Shown here piece after piece: positions 1-7,751 of a DNA stretch of 25,608 nucleotides. Source of the DNA: a virus (taxonomy: Duplodnaviria; Caudoviricetes). Both the position numbers and the translations under genes were made by a program. The DNA lies in IMG/VR virus record IMGVR_UViG_3300002307_000209, positions 1 through 25,608 of that record; one strand, given 5' to 3'. The notes under the pieces are model-generated. The model had not been told where the DNA came from and did no database searches. It saw only the letters and a program-made list of their open reading frames with translations. Every line of letters starts with the position of its first letter. Positions within the stretch are counted from its first letter, which is position 1.

Positions 1-390
1 TAATGGTGGTGTAAGGATTGATCCACCAACTGCGCCAACACCACGCATATCTGCATAGGCATATAGAGTGCTAAGAACTTCTGGCTCTGGAACGCAATCA
101 TCATCTACACGCCATACCCAATCGTATCCCATAGAATTCGCGGCTTGATGGATATGGTGTTGTCCTTTTTTGCCAGCAAATAGCCATTCCCAAGATACTT
201 TTTTAATTTGTAGAATTTGGAATATATGCTGATATATAGGGTTTTCCCTCATATCTTGCGGCTCATCATTATCATCAAAGATCGCCAGCTTATCTGGCAA
301 TTTCGATTGATTAAGAATGGCTGTTAAAACTAATGGCAGAGTTGTAAAGTATCTGCCCCGTGTAGCCACGCTACACAGAATTTTACTCAT
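1..390 (-). CDS. GT-A fold (family 2-like) glycosyltransferase, 5' part only (runs off the window start)
   Basis: Not in the ORF track. Translated by hand from ATG at 390: MSKILCSVATRGRYFTTLPLVLTAILNQSKLPDKLAIFDDNDEPQDMRENP...YDWVWRVDDDCVPEPEVLSTL...VGAVGGSILTPPL. The frame is open for 130 codons. It has the GT2-like N-terminal strand, the 'IFDD' motif and a DxD motif (RVDDD). The start overlaps the methyltransferase 3' end by 8 nt. Confidence 0.85.
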   Translation of the reverse strand, partial: MSKILCSVATRGRYFTTLPLVLTAILNQSKLPDKLAIFDDNDEPQDMRENPIYQHIFQILQIKKVSWEWLFAGKKGQHHIHQAANSMGYDWVWRVDDDCVPEPEVLSTLYAYADMRGVGAVGGSILTPPL

Positions 391-1051
391 TGTCATATCT
401 ACAGATCATCAGATTACAGCGGTTGCTATCTGTAATACTAGCTGGTTTCATAGAGATCACGCCAGCTTCATTAATGTAGTTAAATATAAAGCCAGGGAAA
501 TGGGATTCATTAAGTCCATGTAACTTATGATGTTCACCCCAAAAGCCTTTTGGCTCATTGTGCGGCACAGTAATAAGCAGTCTTTTGCAATGATTCTTTA
601 GGCGTTCTACAACTTCTAATCCGTTATCAAGATGCTCAATAACTTCAAAAGCGATAATAGTATCGTGCTGTTCTAGCTCAATCTTATTAATATCGGCTTG
701 AAAAAAGAATTTGTTATCTGCCCATTCTTGTTCTTTAGCTACCTGGATGATGATTGGGTCATAGTCTAAGCCGTAATACTTCATATCGGATGGAAAGAAC
801 TGGCATCCATATCCAGTAGAACATCCAATTTCTAAAATGTTATTGCCATATAGATTTTGATTAGCCCAAAGATACCTAGTAGTTTCCCTAGGATAGATTG
901 GATCACCTTTAAGGAAAACGGCTCTTTCGTAATTATTGGTAAGCCGCCAACGATACCAATCTGGGTGATATTGTTTTGCTAAATTAAGAACATGAATTTC
1001 GCAAATCTGTTCCCATTGGCTATCTACATCCAATCCATATAGTGTAGTCAT
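383..1051 (-). CDS. Class I SAM-dependent methyltransferase
   Basis: Motif I 'ILEIGCSTGYG', acidic motif II 'YYGLDYD', 'FFQADI' and 'DTIIAFEVIEHL' are typical of Methyltransf_11/23/25-type enzymes. Confidence 0.88.
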   Translation of the reverse strand: MTTLYGLDVDSQWEQICEIHVLNLAKQYHPDWYRWRLTNNYERAVFLKGDPIYPRETTRYLWANQNLYGNNILEIGCSTGYGCQFFPSDMKYYGLDYDPIIIQVAKEQEWADNKFFFQADINKIELEQHDTIIAFEVIEHLDNGLEVVERLKNHCKRLLITVPHNEPKGFWGEHHKLHGLNESHFPGFIFNYINEAGVISMKPASITDSNRCNLMICRYDNE

Positions 1052-1068
1052 CTTGTCTTATAGTCATA

Positions 1069-1569
1069 TTAGGCAAACTTTGTCTGTGATGCCAAAACAG
1101 TAAAGGTCGCAGAAGCGGTCTTAATAATTACATAATTATATACATCAAGTGAGCTTGCGTTTCCAGATGTAGGCGCAGTTCCACCTTGCCATTTGGTTGT
1201 TACGCCTGATGTAGTGCCATCAACTTGAACTGCTGAGTTGTAATAAGCAGTTGCCCCATTTGAGCATAAGAAGCTAACAGAAATTGAATCGCCAGTAGAT
1301 AACAAAGAATTTAGAGTTGTGCCGCTAGAACCCCTAAAGTTCAAAGTAAAGTTTCCAGAAGAATTGGTTGTGTAATACAGAACCGACTGAGTAGTAATGT
1401 CGTAGTTAATGGTTCCAGTTGAAGCTGTTGCCGATACTGTAGCTGGTTCATCAATGTTGGCTGTTTTAAAAGCTAATGCCGCCGCTGAAGTTGGCATGAT
1501 TAATGTATCGCCAGATTGGATTTCTTCAATCTGAGTAGATGCAATAACTAAAGGGTAGCGGGAAGTCAT
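1069..1569 (-). CDS. Putative fibre adaptor/structural protein; C-terminal ~125 aa paralogous to 7752..8378
   Basis: Ser/Thr-rich beta-type sequence sharing the domain 'GTINYD..QSVLYYTTN.SGNFTLN.RGSS...KWQGGTAPTSGNASS.D.YN...QTKFA' with 7752..8378. It lies in the fibre region. Confidence 0.6.
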   Translation of the reverse strand: MTSRYPLVIASTQIEEIQSGDTLIMPTSAAALAFKTANIDEPATVSATASTGTINYDITTQSVLYYTTNSSGNFTLNFRGSSGTTLNSLLSTGDSISVSFLCSNGATAYYNSAVQVDGTTSGVTTKWQGGTAPTSGNASSLDVYNYVIIKTASATFTVLASQTKFA

Positions 1570-1578
1570 AATAAATCC

Positions 1579-3840
1579 TTAATATACAGAAACATTGGTA
1601 GTTGAGCCACTATTCAGCAAGATTCCTAGATAGCCGCTATTGATTGGTACTTGAGTTGTAGTAGAGCCATTATTAAGCAATACAGGAAGATAACGGCTTG
1701 GACTTGATCCTGAGTATCCTGAATATCCTGAGTATCCGCTAACGCCGCTTCCTGAATACCCGCTGATACCTGAGTACCCACTATAGCCGCTGATTCCGCT
1801 ATAGCCTGATTGGGTGTACATTACTTGAGTGGCAGTAACAATAACTCCTGGAGTTACTGGGACATTTGGGCTTGTGGTTGCGGACAAGGTTTGAATACTA
1901 ATGCTTGTATTAGATACTGCCCAAGCTAATTGCAAATAATCTCCAGCGGCAACAGTTAATACATAATTTATAGCGGCAATAACAGCGGCAGAACCGCCAT
2001 GACTTGTTCCTGGGACATTATATAAACTGTTGCTATCTGCTATATCTGTTCCATTTTTTCTTAACCATATATCAGCATCAAAACCATTGGATGCAGAATT
2101 TAAAAGTTGAATAGAGTATTGAAGGTTGTAAGTTCCAGCATTAGCAAAAGTAATTCTATTGCCAGAAACAATGCTTACACCATTGGCTTCAAATTGATTG
2201 CCAATATTTACAATGTAAGCAGTTGTTGTATTAGCGGCAGTTTGATTGGTAGTGTCATAAAAAGAACCATAAGCACCAACAGTACCACCCAATCCAGCCG
2301 CACCAGAGTAACCAGAGAAACCACTGATACCTGACCAGCCGCTAGTTCCTGAAAACCCTGAAAAACCGCTATAGCCAGATGTGCCGCTTCCAGAATATCC
2401 AGAATAGCCACTCACGCCTGATCCGCTATAACCTGAAATGCCCGACCAACCGCTGATACCAGAGAATCCAGATAACCCACTTGCTCCAACTGCACCAGAA
2501 AAACCAGAGAATCCGCTGTAACCACTTACACCGCTACCAGAGTATCCAGATTGACCAACTGCTCCGCTAAATCCAGAAAAACCAGAGAATCCAGATTGCC
2601 CATTAATGCCGCTGTAACCAGAAATACCAGACCAACCAGAAAAACCGCTAAATCCAGATTCACCTATTGCGCCACTAAATCCGCTAATGCCGCTAAATCC
2701 AGAAAAACCAGATACACCGCTTCCAGAGAAGCCTGAATAGCCGCTATAACCGCTTACACCGCTTCCTGAGAATCCAGATATACCAGAATCCCCGCTGAAG
2801 CCTGATATGCCTGAGAACCCGCTAAAACCGCTTATTCCAGATGCGCCATTTTGACCAGAGAATCCAGACCATCCGCTAATACCGCTGTAGCCAGAGAAAC
2901 CAGAAATCCCGCTTTGTCCATCTGGACCTACAATTTGTCCAACATTAACCCAGGCAACGCCTTCCCATACATAAAGATCGCCATTAGATTGAACAATATA
3001 CGCATCGTTTTGATTGCCAGTAAGGGGCAAATCTATTGGAGTTGGTACAGAGCCAATGATATTAATACTTGTTCCTTGCTGACCGCTATAGCCAGAAAAA
3101 CCGCTGTAACCGCTGATGCCTGATGCACCATCTTGACCTGAGAAACCAGAAATGCCGCTAAATCCAGAGTACCCGCTGATACCTGAGAAACCAGATAAGC
3201 CAGATGCGCCTACTGCTCCAGAGTATCCAGAGAATCCAGATACACCGCTTCCAGAGAAGCCAGAGAAACCTGATAGACCACTAGCACCAACTTGTCCAGA
3301 ATAGCCGCTATAGCCCGATAAACCAGATTGACCGACTGCGCCTGAGTAGCCTGAAAAGCCGCTTAGACCTGAACCAGAGTATCCAGAATAGCCTGATACG
3401 CCTGATCCTGAGTATCCAGAGATACCAGAGAATCCAGATAAGCCTTGTGGACCTTGTGCGCCAACTGCGCCTGAATAACCTGAGAAGCCAGAAGTTCCAC
3501 TTCCAGAATAGCCTGAATAACCGCTTACGCCAGAGCCAGAAAAACCAGATTTACCTGAGTAACCGCTGTAGCCTGAGTAGCCAGAAAAGCCTGATGCGGC
3601 TTCACCACCATTTAAACCTGAGTATCCAGAGAAACCAGAGAAGCCTGATATACCAGATGCGCCTGAGAATCCAGAGAAACCGCTAGTTCCACTATAACCA
3701 GAAGGACCATACATCCCTTTATCAACAGACAAAGTAATCTCATTGCCTTTGGATACATCTAAGACAAGATCAGTACCTTTGGCTACATCTACAAGTAAAT
3801 TAGCTCCACCAGTAGCGGTTGAGATTGTAATGTCGGTCAT
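1579..3840 (-). CDS. Gly-X-Ser repeat (collagen-like periodicity) fibre protein with an internal globular module and a BclA/C1q-like domain
   Basis: Long G-[FYIWL]-S triplet runs. A central module 'GTSINIIGSVPTPIDLPLTGNQNDAYIVQSNGDLYVWEGVAWVNVGQIVGP' resembles spacers seen in phage collagen-like fibres. The domain 'AYGSFYDTTNQTAANTTTAY...ITFANAGTYNLQYSIQL' resembles BclA-CTD/C1q jelly-roll trimer domains. Confidence 0.7.
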   Translation of the reverse strand: MTDITISTATGGANLLVDVAKGTDLVLDVSKGNEITLSVDKGMYGPSGYSGTSGFSGFSGASGISGFSGFSGYSGLNGGEAASGFSGYSGYSGYSGKSGFSGSGVSGYSGYSGSGTSGFSGYSGAVGAQGPQGLSGFSGISGYSGSGVSGYSGYSGSGLSGFSGYSGAVGQSGLSGYSGYSGQVGASGLSGFSGFSGSGVSGFSGYSGAVGASGLSGFSGISGYSGFSGISGFSGQDGASGISGYSGFSGYSGQQGTSINIIGSVPTPIDLPLTGNQNDAYIVQSNGDLYVWEGVAWVNVGQIVGPDGQSGISGFSGYSGISGWSGFSGQNGASGISGFSGFSGISGFSGDSGISGFSGSGVSGYSGYSGFSGSGVSGFSGFSGISGFSGAIGESGFSGFSGWSGISGYSGINGQSGFSGFSGFSGAVGQSGYSGSGVSGYSGFSGFSGAVGASGLSGFSGISGWSGISGYSGSGVSGYSGYSGSGTSGYSGFSGFSGTSGWSGISGFSGYSGAAGLGGTVGAYGSFYDTTNQTAANTTTAYIVNIGNQFEANGVSIVSGNRITFANAGTYNLQYSIQLLNSASNGFDADIWLRKNGTDIADSNSLYNVPGTSHGGSAAVIAAINYVLTVAAGDYLQLAWAVSNTSISIQTLSATTSPNVPVTPGVIVTATQVMYTQSGYSGISGYSGYSGISGYSGSGVSGYSGYSGYSGSSPSRYLPVLLNNGSTTTQVPINSGYLGILLNSGSTTNVSVY
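1705..3708 (-). repeat. Degenerate 9-bp-period coding repeats (Gly-X-Ser) in three blocks: about 3075-3708, 2290-2925 and 1705-1810
   Basis: Recurring plus-strand units such as ccagagaat/ccagagtat/ccgctatag/ccagaaaaa. One 26-bp exact copy, ccagatacaccgcttccagagaagcc, occurs at 2708-2733 and 3236-3261. Block boundaries are approximate. Confidence 0.85.
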
Positions 3841-3848
3841 AGCAACCC

Positions 3849-4337
3849 TTAATTATTAACGATTGCATCAGAACGAACTAAAAACAATAAAAAAATAATT
3901 AGATCGTTAGCTGGAGTTGTGCCTACGGCTGGAAAGCTGATTTTGATACGACCAGAAAAGCCAGCACCATTAATAGATGCAATATCTAAATCAGGATCGT
4001 TTGGGCTAACTACCAAATCCCATGCGCTATCATCAATAACTAAAGTAAATTGCCCTGTAGCTTCATTAACATTAGTAATAGTTAAAGAAATAGGATCAGG
4101 AGTAGGAACATAATCACTAATATCAAAAGATAGTCCATAACGAGTATCTTGAACATTGGATAGTTTACGGCGAATAATTTGAGCATCAATGGTTGCATCA
4201 GTCAAATCAACAGGAATCCCATCGCTAGCTAATGTAAGGTTCCAAAAGGTTTGTTGCTGATAAACAAGTTCACCAGCGATGATTTGATTATCAAAGCCAC
4301 TCACTTGAGTAAGTGTATTTTTAGCAAAAACTGCCAT
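3849..4337 (-). CDS. Putative fibre-anchoring/upper-baseplate (BppU N-terminal-like) protein
   Basis: 'TFWNLTLASDGIPVDLTDATIDAQI...NEATGQFTLVID' resembles BppU_N-like Ig-fold attachment proteins. SD GGAG lies upstream, and the gene directly precedes the repeat fibre. Confidence 0.5.
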   Translation of the reverse strand: MAVFAKNTLTQVSGFDNQIIAGELVYQQQTFWNLTLASDGIPVDLTDATIDAQIIRRKLSNVQDTRYGLSFDISDYVPTPDPISLTITNVNEATGQFTLVIDDSAWDLVVSPNDPDLDIASINGAGFSGRIKISFPAVGTTPANDLIIFLLFLVRSDAIVNN

Positions 4338-4392
4338 GATTTCTCCAATTCTCGGTTAATAACCCTATGTCCTCACAGGGCTACGAATCATG
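4335..4392 (-). promoter_or_regulatory. Putative structured intergenic RNA element enclosing the RBS and start codon of 3849..4337
   Basis: Minus strand reads CATGATT-CG-TAGCCCTGTG-AGGA-CATAGGGTTA-TTAACCGAGAATTGGAGA-AATCATG. The inner stem is 10 bp with two G-U pairs, and the outer 7-bp perfect inverted repeat includes the ATG. There is no U-tract. Confidence 0.4.
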
Positions 4393-4401
4393 TCTTATCT
4401 T

Positions 4402-4881
4402 TTATTCTGCGGGTATTACTTTAGCCGCTTCTGTAGGATTAAGCTCCCATTTTACCTGACTAGCCGCAATCAATGTATCCACTTTTTTGCATTTAGCCAC
4501 AGTCGCTTTAGCCGCTTGGGCTTGTGAACGAATTGCATTACGCCATGTAATCCATTCTGGCTTGTAGGTTGCATCACGCAAATTCAATACTTCTACATAA
4601 TCTGTAGGGGCAAGTAAAGAAAAGGCTTGTGAATTGATACGGTTAGATACCATCTCTTTAAGTATATCTAGGTCTTTAGCAACGGCGGTATATGTACCAT
4701 CGTTATTATCAGTTACCCAATAATATTGATCGTCTGGGCGCATTTGTTCTTCAACTTCAGTAATGCCAATAGCGGCACGATCTTCTGGCGTAGATTTTTG
4801 CAACCATTCCGCACCATATTTAGATTGTTTAATTTGAAACTCAACGCCCAAGGGCAGTTTTTTACCATTTAATAAATACAT
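4402..4881 (-). CDS. Putative tail fibre assembly/chaperone-like protein
   Basis: 'SLLAPTDY...EWITWRNAIR' resembles the LL..TDW...W..YR..LR signature of phage tail fibre assembly chaperones. It has a strong SD (GAGGT) and lies downstream of the lectin-like gene. Confidence 0.5.
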   Translation of the reverse strand: MYLLNGKKLPLGVEFQIKQSKYGAEWLQKSTPEDRAAIGITEVEEQMRPDDQYYWVTDNNDGTYTAVAKDLDILKEMVSNRINSQAFSLLAPTDYVEVLNLRDATYKPEWITWRNAIRSQAQAAKATVAKCKKVDTLIAASQVKWELNPTEAAKVIPAE

Positions 4882-4883
4882 AA

Positions 4884-5351
4884 TTACCTCGCTAAATAAG
4901 AATTGCTTTTTAATTTATTTTCTTCACTTGGCAAATACTGTAAATTTGTATGCACATGAAGCCCTGATACTGTTTTGCCATTTAAAGGAATAATGTGGTC
5001 TACTTCATAACCTTTTGGTCTATTCCTATACATTTCATCTATTTTATCGTGGTCTGCCCATAATGGAACTCTTAACTTACGCTTTAATCCAGCTTTTCTA
5101 GCATAGCCATAACGATACTCAGAAGTCCTAGATTTACCATGTTTCCAGTTTTTATCTGCAACACACTCTCTACGCAAACATCCGCAAGATTGTGTAAGTC
5201 CGACTACCATAGAGTTTCCAACAACTACTTTAGATTCTCCACAATCACATTGCACAAGATACTTATACTGACCAGCTTTGTTCTTATCGCAATCAAGCAT
5301 GACAGTTAATCTGCCATACCGATTGCCTATAAGTTCTTTTCTGTGTCCCAT
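4884..5351 (-). CDS. Free-standing HNH (homing) endonuclease
   Basis: N-terminal 'LIGNRYGRLTV...QCDCG...TQSCGC' module typical of phage homing endonucleases, and C-terminal HNH core 'EVDHIIPLNGKTVSGLHVHTNLQYLPSEENKLKSN'. Start revised to ATG at 5351, 1 nt after the upstream TGA, instead of 5387, which would overlap the upstream gene. Confidence 0.85.
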   Translation of the reverse strand: MGHRKELIGNRYGRLTVMLDCDKNKAGQYKYLVQCDCGESKVVVGNSMVVGLTQSCGCLRRECVADKNWKHGKSRTSEYRYGYARKAGLKRKLRVPLWADHDKIDEMYRNRPKGYEVDHIIPLNGKTVSGLHVHTNLQYLPSEENKLKSNSYLAR

Positions 5352-5352
5352 A

Positions 5353-7743
5353 TCAGCGTGCAAGCGAGTTCTTAAAAGGGTTCTCACTAAAAGCCATTCC
5401 TACATATGTTCCACCATTAGCATTTGTTCCTGTGCCAGTTCCACGAATTTTGTAACCGTTTGATAGTAAATCAATAGCACCATCTGTTTGTTCTGCATCA
5501 GAAGTATTAGCCTGTAACCAGTAATTTGCTAAATTGTATGGGTTTCTTGTTGCATCTACCATAAACCAACCGCCAGCAGAATCAGTACGCTTATAAATAA
5601 TAAACTTAGGCTTGAACCCTAAATATATAAAGCTACCATCTGCGCTTCCGTTTCCTGTATAGCTGAAAGCCTTAGAAAAGCCAGCTATTTCTGCCCAGCA
5701 GTAGGCTACATTGGTTGCGCCACTAGCATTTAAGTCTGTGTCTGTTCCAATGTTAAAGATTGTTGATGTTGGTGCACCATTAAATACAGTTGAATTTGTA
5801 TTTACACTAGTTGTTAAGTTTAAACTTATGTATTGAGTGCCAGTAAATGCACTATGCCAACATTGCCAGTTTCCAGTAGAACTGCGTTTTTTTCCAATAA
5901 TAAAACTAGGTGCAACACCCAAACCATGTCCGACAGTAGCATTACTTCCAGTTCCTGTATAGCTAACAACACTAAACCCAGCAGTAGCATTAACACTTAC
6001 AGTTGATGTAATAGAACCGTTTGTATTAGATGATGTAGAACCTTGTCCAGCTTGCCATTGCCAGCCTACATAAGTAGCGGCATTTTGATTGCCACCGTTG
6101 TCTGAACCTAAACTAAAACCATTAGAGTTAAAAGCTGTTACACCAGAATATGTAGCTTCTGCGTCAGTTGTGTTGGAAAACAATTGTTTTGTTGTACCAC
6201 GAATAGAATCAAACAAACCATGATTAAAGGTATTAGAACGACCTTTGTACCACACCAAGTCTGGTTTAAATCCACCAGTATTAGTAATAGTCTGTGTAGA
6301 ACCATTACCAGTATAAGTAGTAGCATCCATAACCTTATTACCAGCAACAATAGTAGATGTTGGTAGGTTATATGTGTTTAGTGCTACAAAGCCTGTTGGT
6401 GGGGTGTAGGCGAATGGTTGCTGACCAAAGTTGGCTTGTGCCACATCAGAATTATAAGAATACAAAGCAAAATAATATATCCCAGCAGGTATTCCTGTAA
6501 ATGCTACACCTTGGCTTGTGCCGTTTTTATAAAATTCTAATGTGCCGTTTGTAGCATCAAAAGCAATACCAATTACATCATTAGTTGTATATGTTGCACC
6601 ATAAGTTGTTTCTGCTGAATTATTTTGTTTTTTACCACTTGAATAAGAATAACCATATCCTTGTGCGCTAGACCAATAATAATCATCAGCAGATGCGCCA
6701 ATATTCCAAGCAGATGTAACAATACCAAAACTAGAGCCACCGCTAGAATTTAATGTGCTAAATTTGTATTCAGCATACCATTTACCAGATGACATTCCAA
6801 TGGTTGATAAAGATGTGCCACCAGCAGAAGAAGATGAACCAGCAGTAGATGTTAAATTGCCATTTGACAATGTTTGTGCATTTGCATTTCTAGCCACTAA
6901 TGGGTTCATTACTGCATAGTTAGCAGTAGTAGCACTTGTCAATGTTGGTACATCTGTCATTGAATCGTATGTGCTACCAGCAGTTAAACTAATGTTGTTA
7001 ACTGTCCAAGTATTGCTATTACCAGAGTAATCAGTACCTAAAGCAGCAGTACTGCTTGTGTCAGTAAATTTAAGGTAAAAGCCATTAGTGCCGTATGTGC
7101 CTGTATAGGCTATAGGTTGCCATACACCAGTAGTAGAGTTAGTTGAGCCGAATGATGTTGGTGTTAATGCTTGTCCGTCAATGAAGTTTACTTCTGTTAA
7201 GTAGCCATCTAAAGTAACGCTTATATTACTTCTTGCGCCAATTCTAGTAGCAATAGCAGAGTTTATATAAGGACTATAATTTTGCGTAGGATAATTTGCT
7301 GTGCTAAAAGATGTTACTTGAACACCATTTACATACAATAAAATTCTGTTGGATGCTGTTGCATTGGCAGAATCAAATGCTAAAACAATGTGATACCAAG
7401 CGGATGGGTCACGAAACACTTGGTTTGTTTTAATATAATAAGATGCGCCATTGTTTAAATAAAATGCCAATGTGTTGTCTGCAGGAAATTCTAATTGGTC
7501 ATCATTTGGAAGTGTGCCAGCGGCAAGAATATTTTGTTCTGTTCCTAATGCGCCACGCTTTACCCAACCACTCCAAGTCCATTTAAGATTATTTGTTGGA
7601 GTTCCAAAAGTTCTATTAAGATAAGCAGAAGCACTAGCCCTAAACCGCAAAGACTTAGTTAAGTTATAACCAGCGGGTGCGCCGCCACTAGCAAAACCAA
7701 AAGCCCCTAGATTAGCCGCACCAACAGTAGATATTCTTGGCAT
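5353..7743 (-). CDS. LamG (ConA-like lectin) + SPRY/B30.2-like domain virion protein, probable receptor-binding/fibre protein
   Basis: LamG signatures 'KWTWSGWVKR', 'AWYHIVLAFDS...ILLYVNG', 'GYLTEVNFIDGQAL'. SPRY-like 'SGKWYAEY...DVIGIAFDATNGTLEFYKNG'. The C-terminus carries repeated 'YTGNG...GFKPDLVW.K.R' modules. Confidence 0.75.
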   Translation of the reverse strand: MPRISTVGAANLGAFGFASGGAPAGYNLTKSLRFRASASAYLNRTFGTPTNNLKWTWSGWVKRGALGTEQNILAAGTLPNDDQLEFPADNTLAFYLNNGASYYIKTNQVFRDPSAWYHIVLAFDSANATASNRILLYVNGVQVTSFSTANYPTQNYSPYINSAIATRIGARSNISVTLDGYLTEVNFIDGQALTPTSFGSTNSTTGVWQPIAYTGTYGTNGFYLKFTDTSSTAALGTDYSGNSNTWTVNNISLTAGSTYDSMTDVPTLTSATTANYAVMNPLVARNANAQTLSNGNLTSTAGSSSSAGGTSLSTIGMSSGKWYAEYKFSTLNSSGGSSFGIVTSAWNIGASADDYYWSSAQGYGYSYSSGKKQNNSAETTYGATYTTNDVIGIAFDATNGTLEFYKNGTSQGVAFTGIPAGIYYFALYSYNSDVAQANFGQQPFAYTPPTGFVALNTYNLPTSTIVAGNKVMDATTYTGNGSTQTITNTGGFKPDLVWYKGRSNTFNHGLFDSIRGTTKQLFSNTTDAEATYSGVTAFNSNGFSLGSDNGGNQNAATYVGWQWQAGQGSTSSNTNGSITSTVSVNATAGFSVVSYTGTGSNATVGHGLGVAPSFIIGKKRSSTGNWQCWHSAFTGTQYISLNLTTSVNTNSTVFNGAPTSTIFNIGTDTDLNASGATNVAYCWAEIAGFSKAFSYTGNGSADGSFIYLGFKPKFIIYKRTDSAGGWFMVDATRNPYNLANYWLQANTSDAEQTDGAIDLLSNGYKIRGTGTGTNANGGTYVGMAFSENPFKNSLAR

Positions 7744-7751
7744 TTTTTGTC

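Noticed and set aside
1705-3708. Repeat region as a CRISPR array or non-coding satellite
   Set aside because: There is no constant repeat with unique spacers; the periodicity is fully explained by Gly-X-Ser codons with synonymous variation.
4884-5387. HNH as part of a group I intron, or with the 5387 start
   Set aside because: The flanking genes are complete and there is no non-coding space for an intron core. The 5387 start is a GTG overlapping the upstream gene, whereas ATG 5351 is coupled to its stop.
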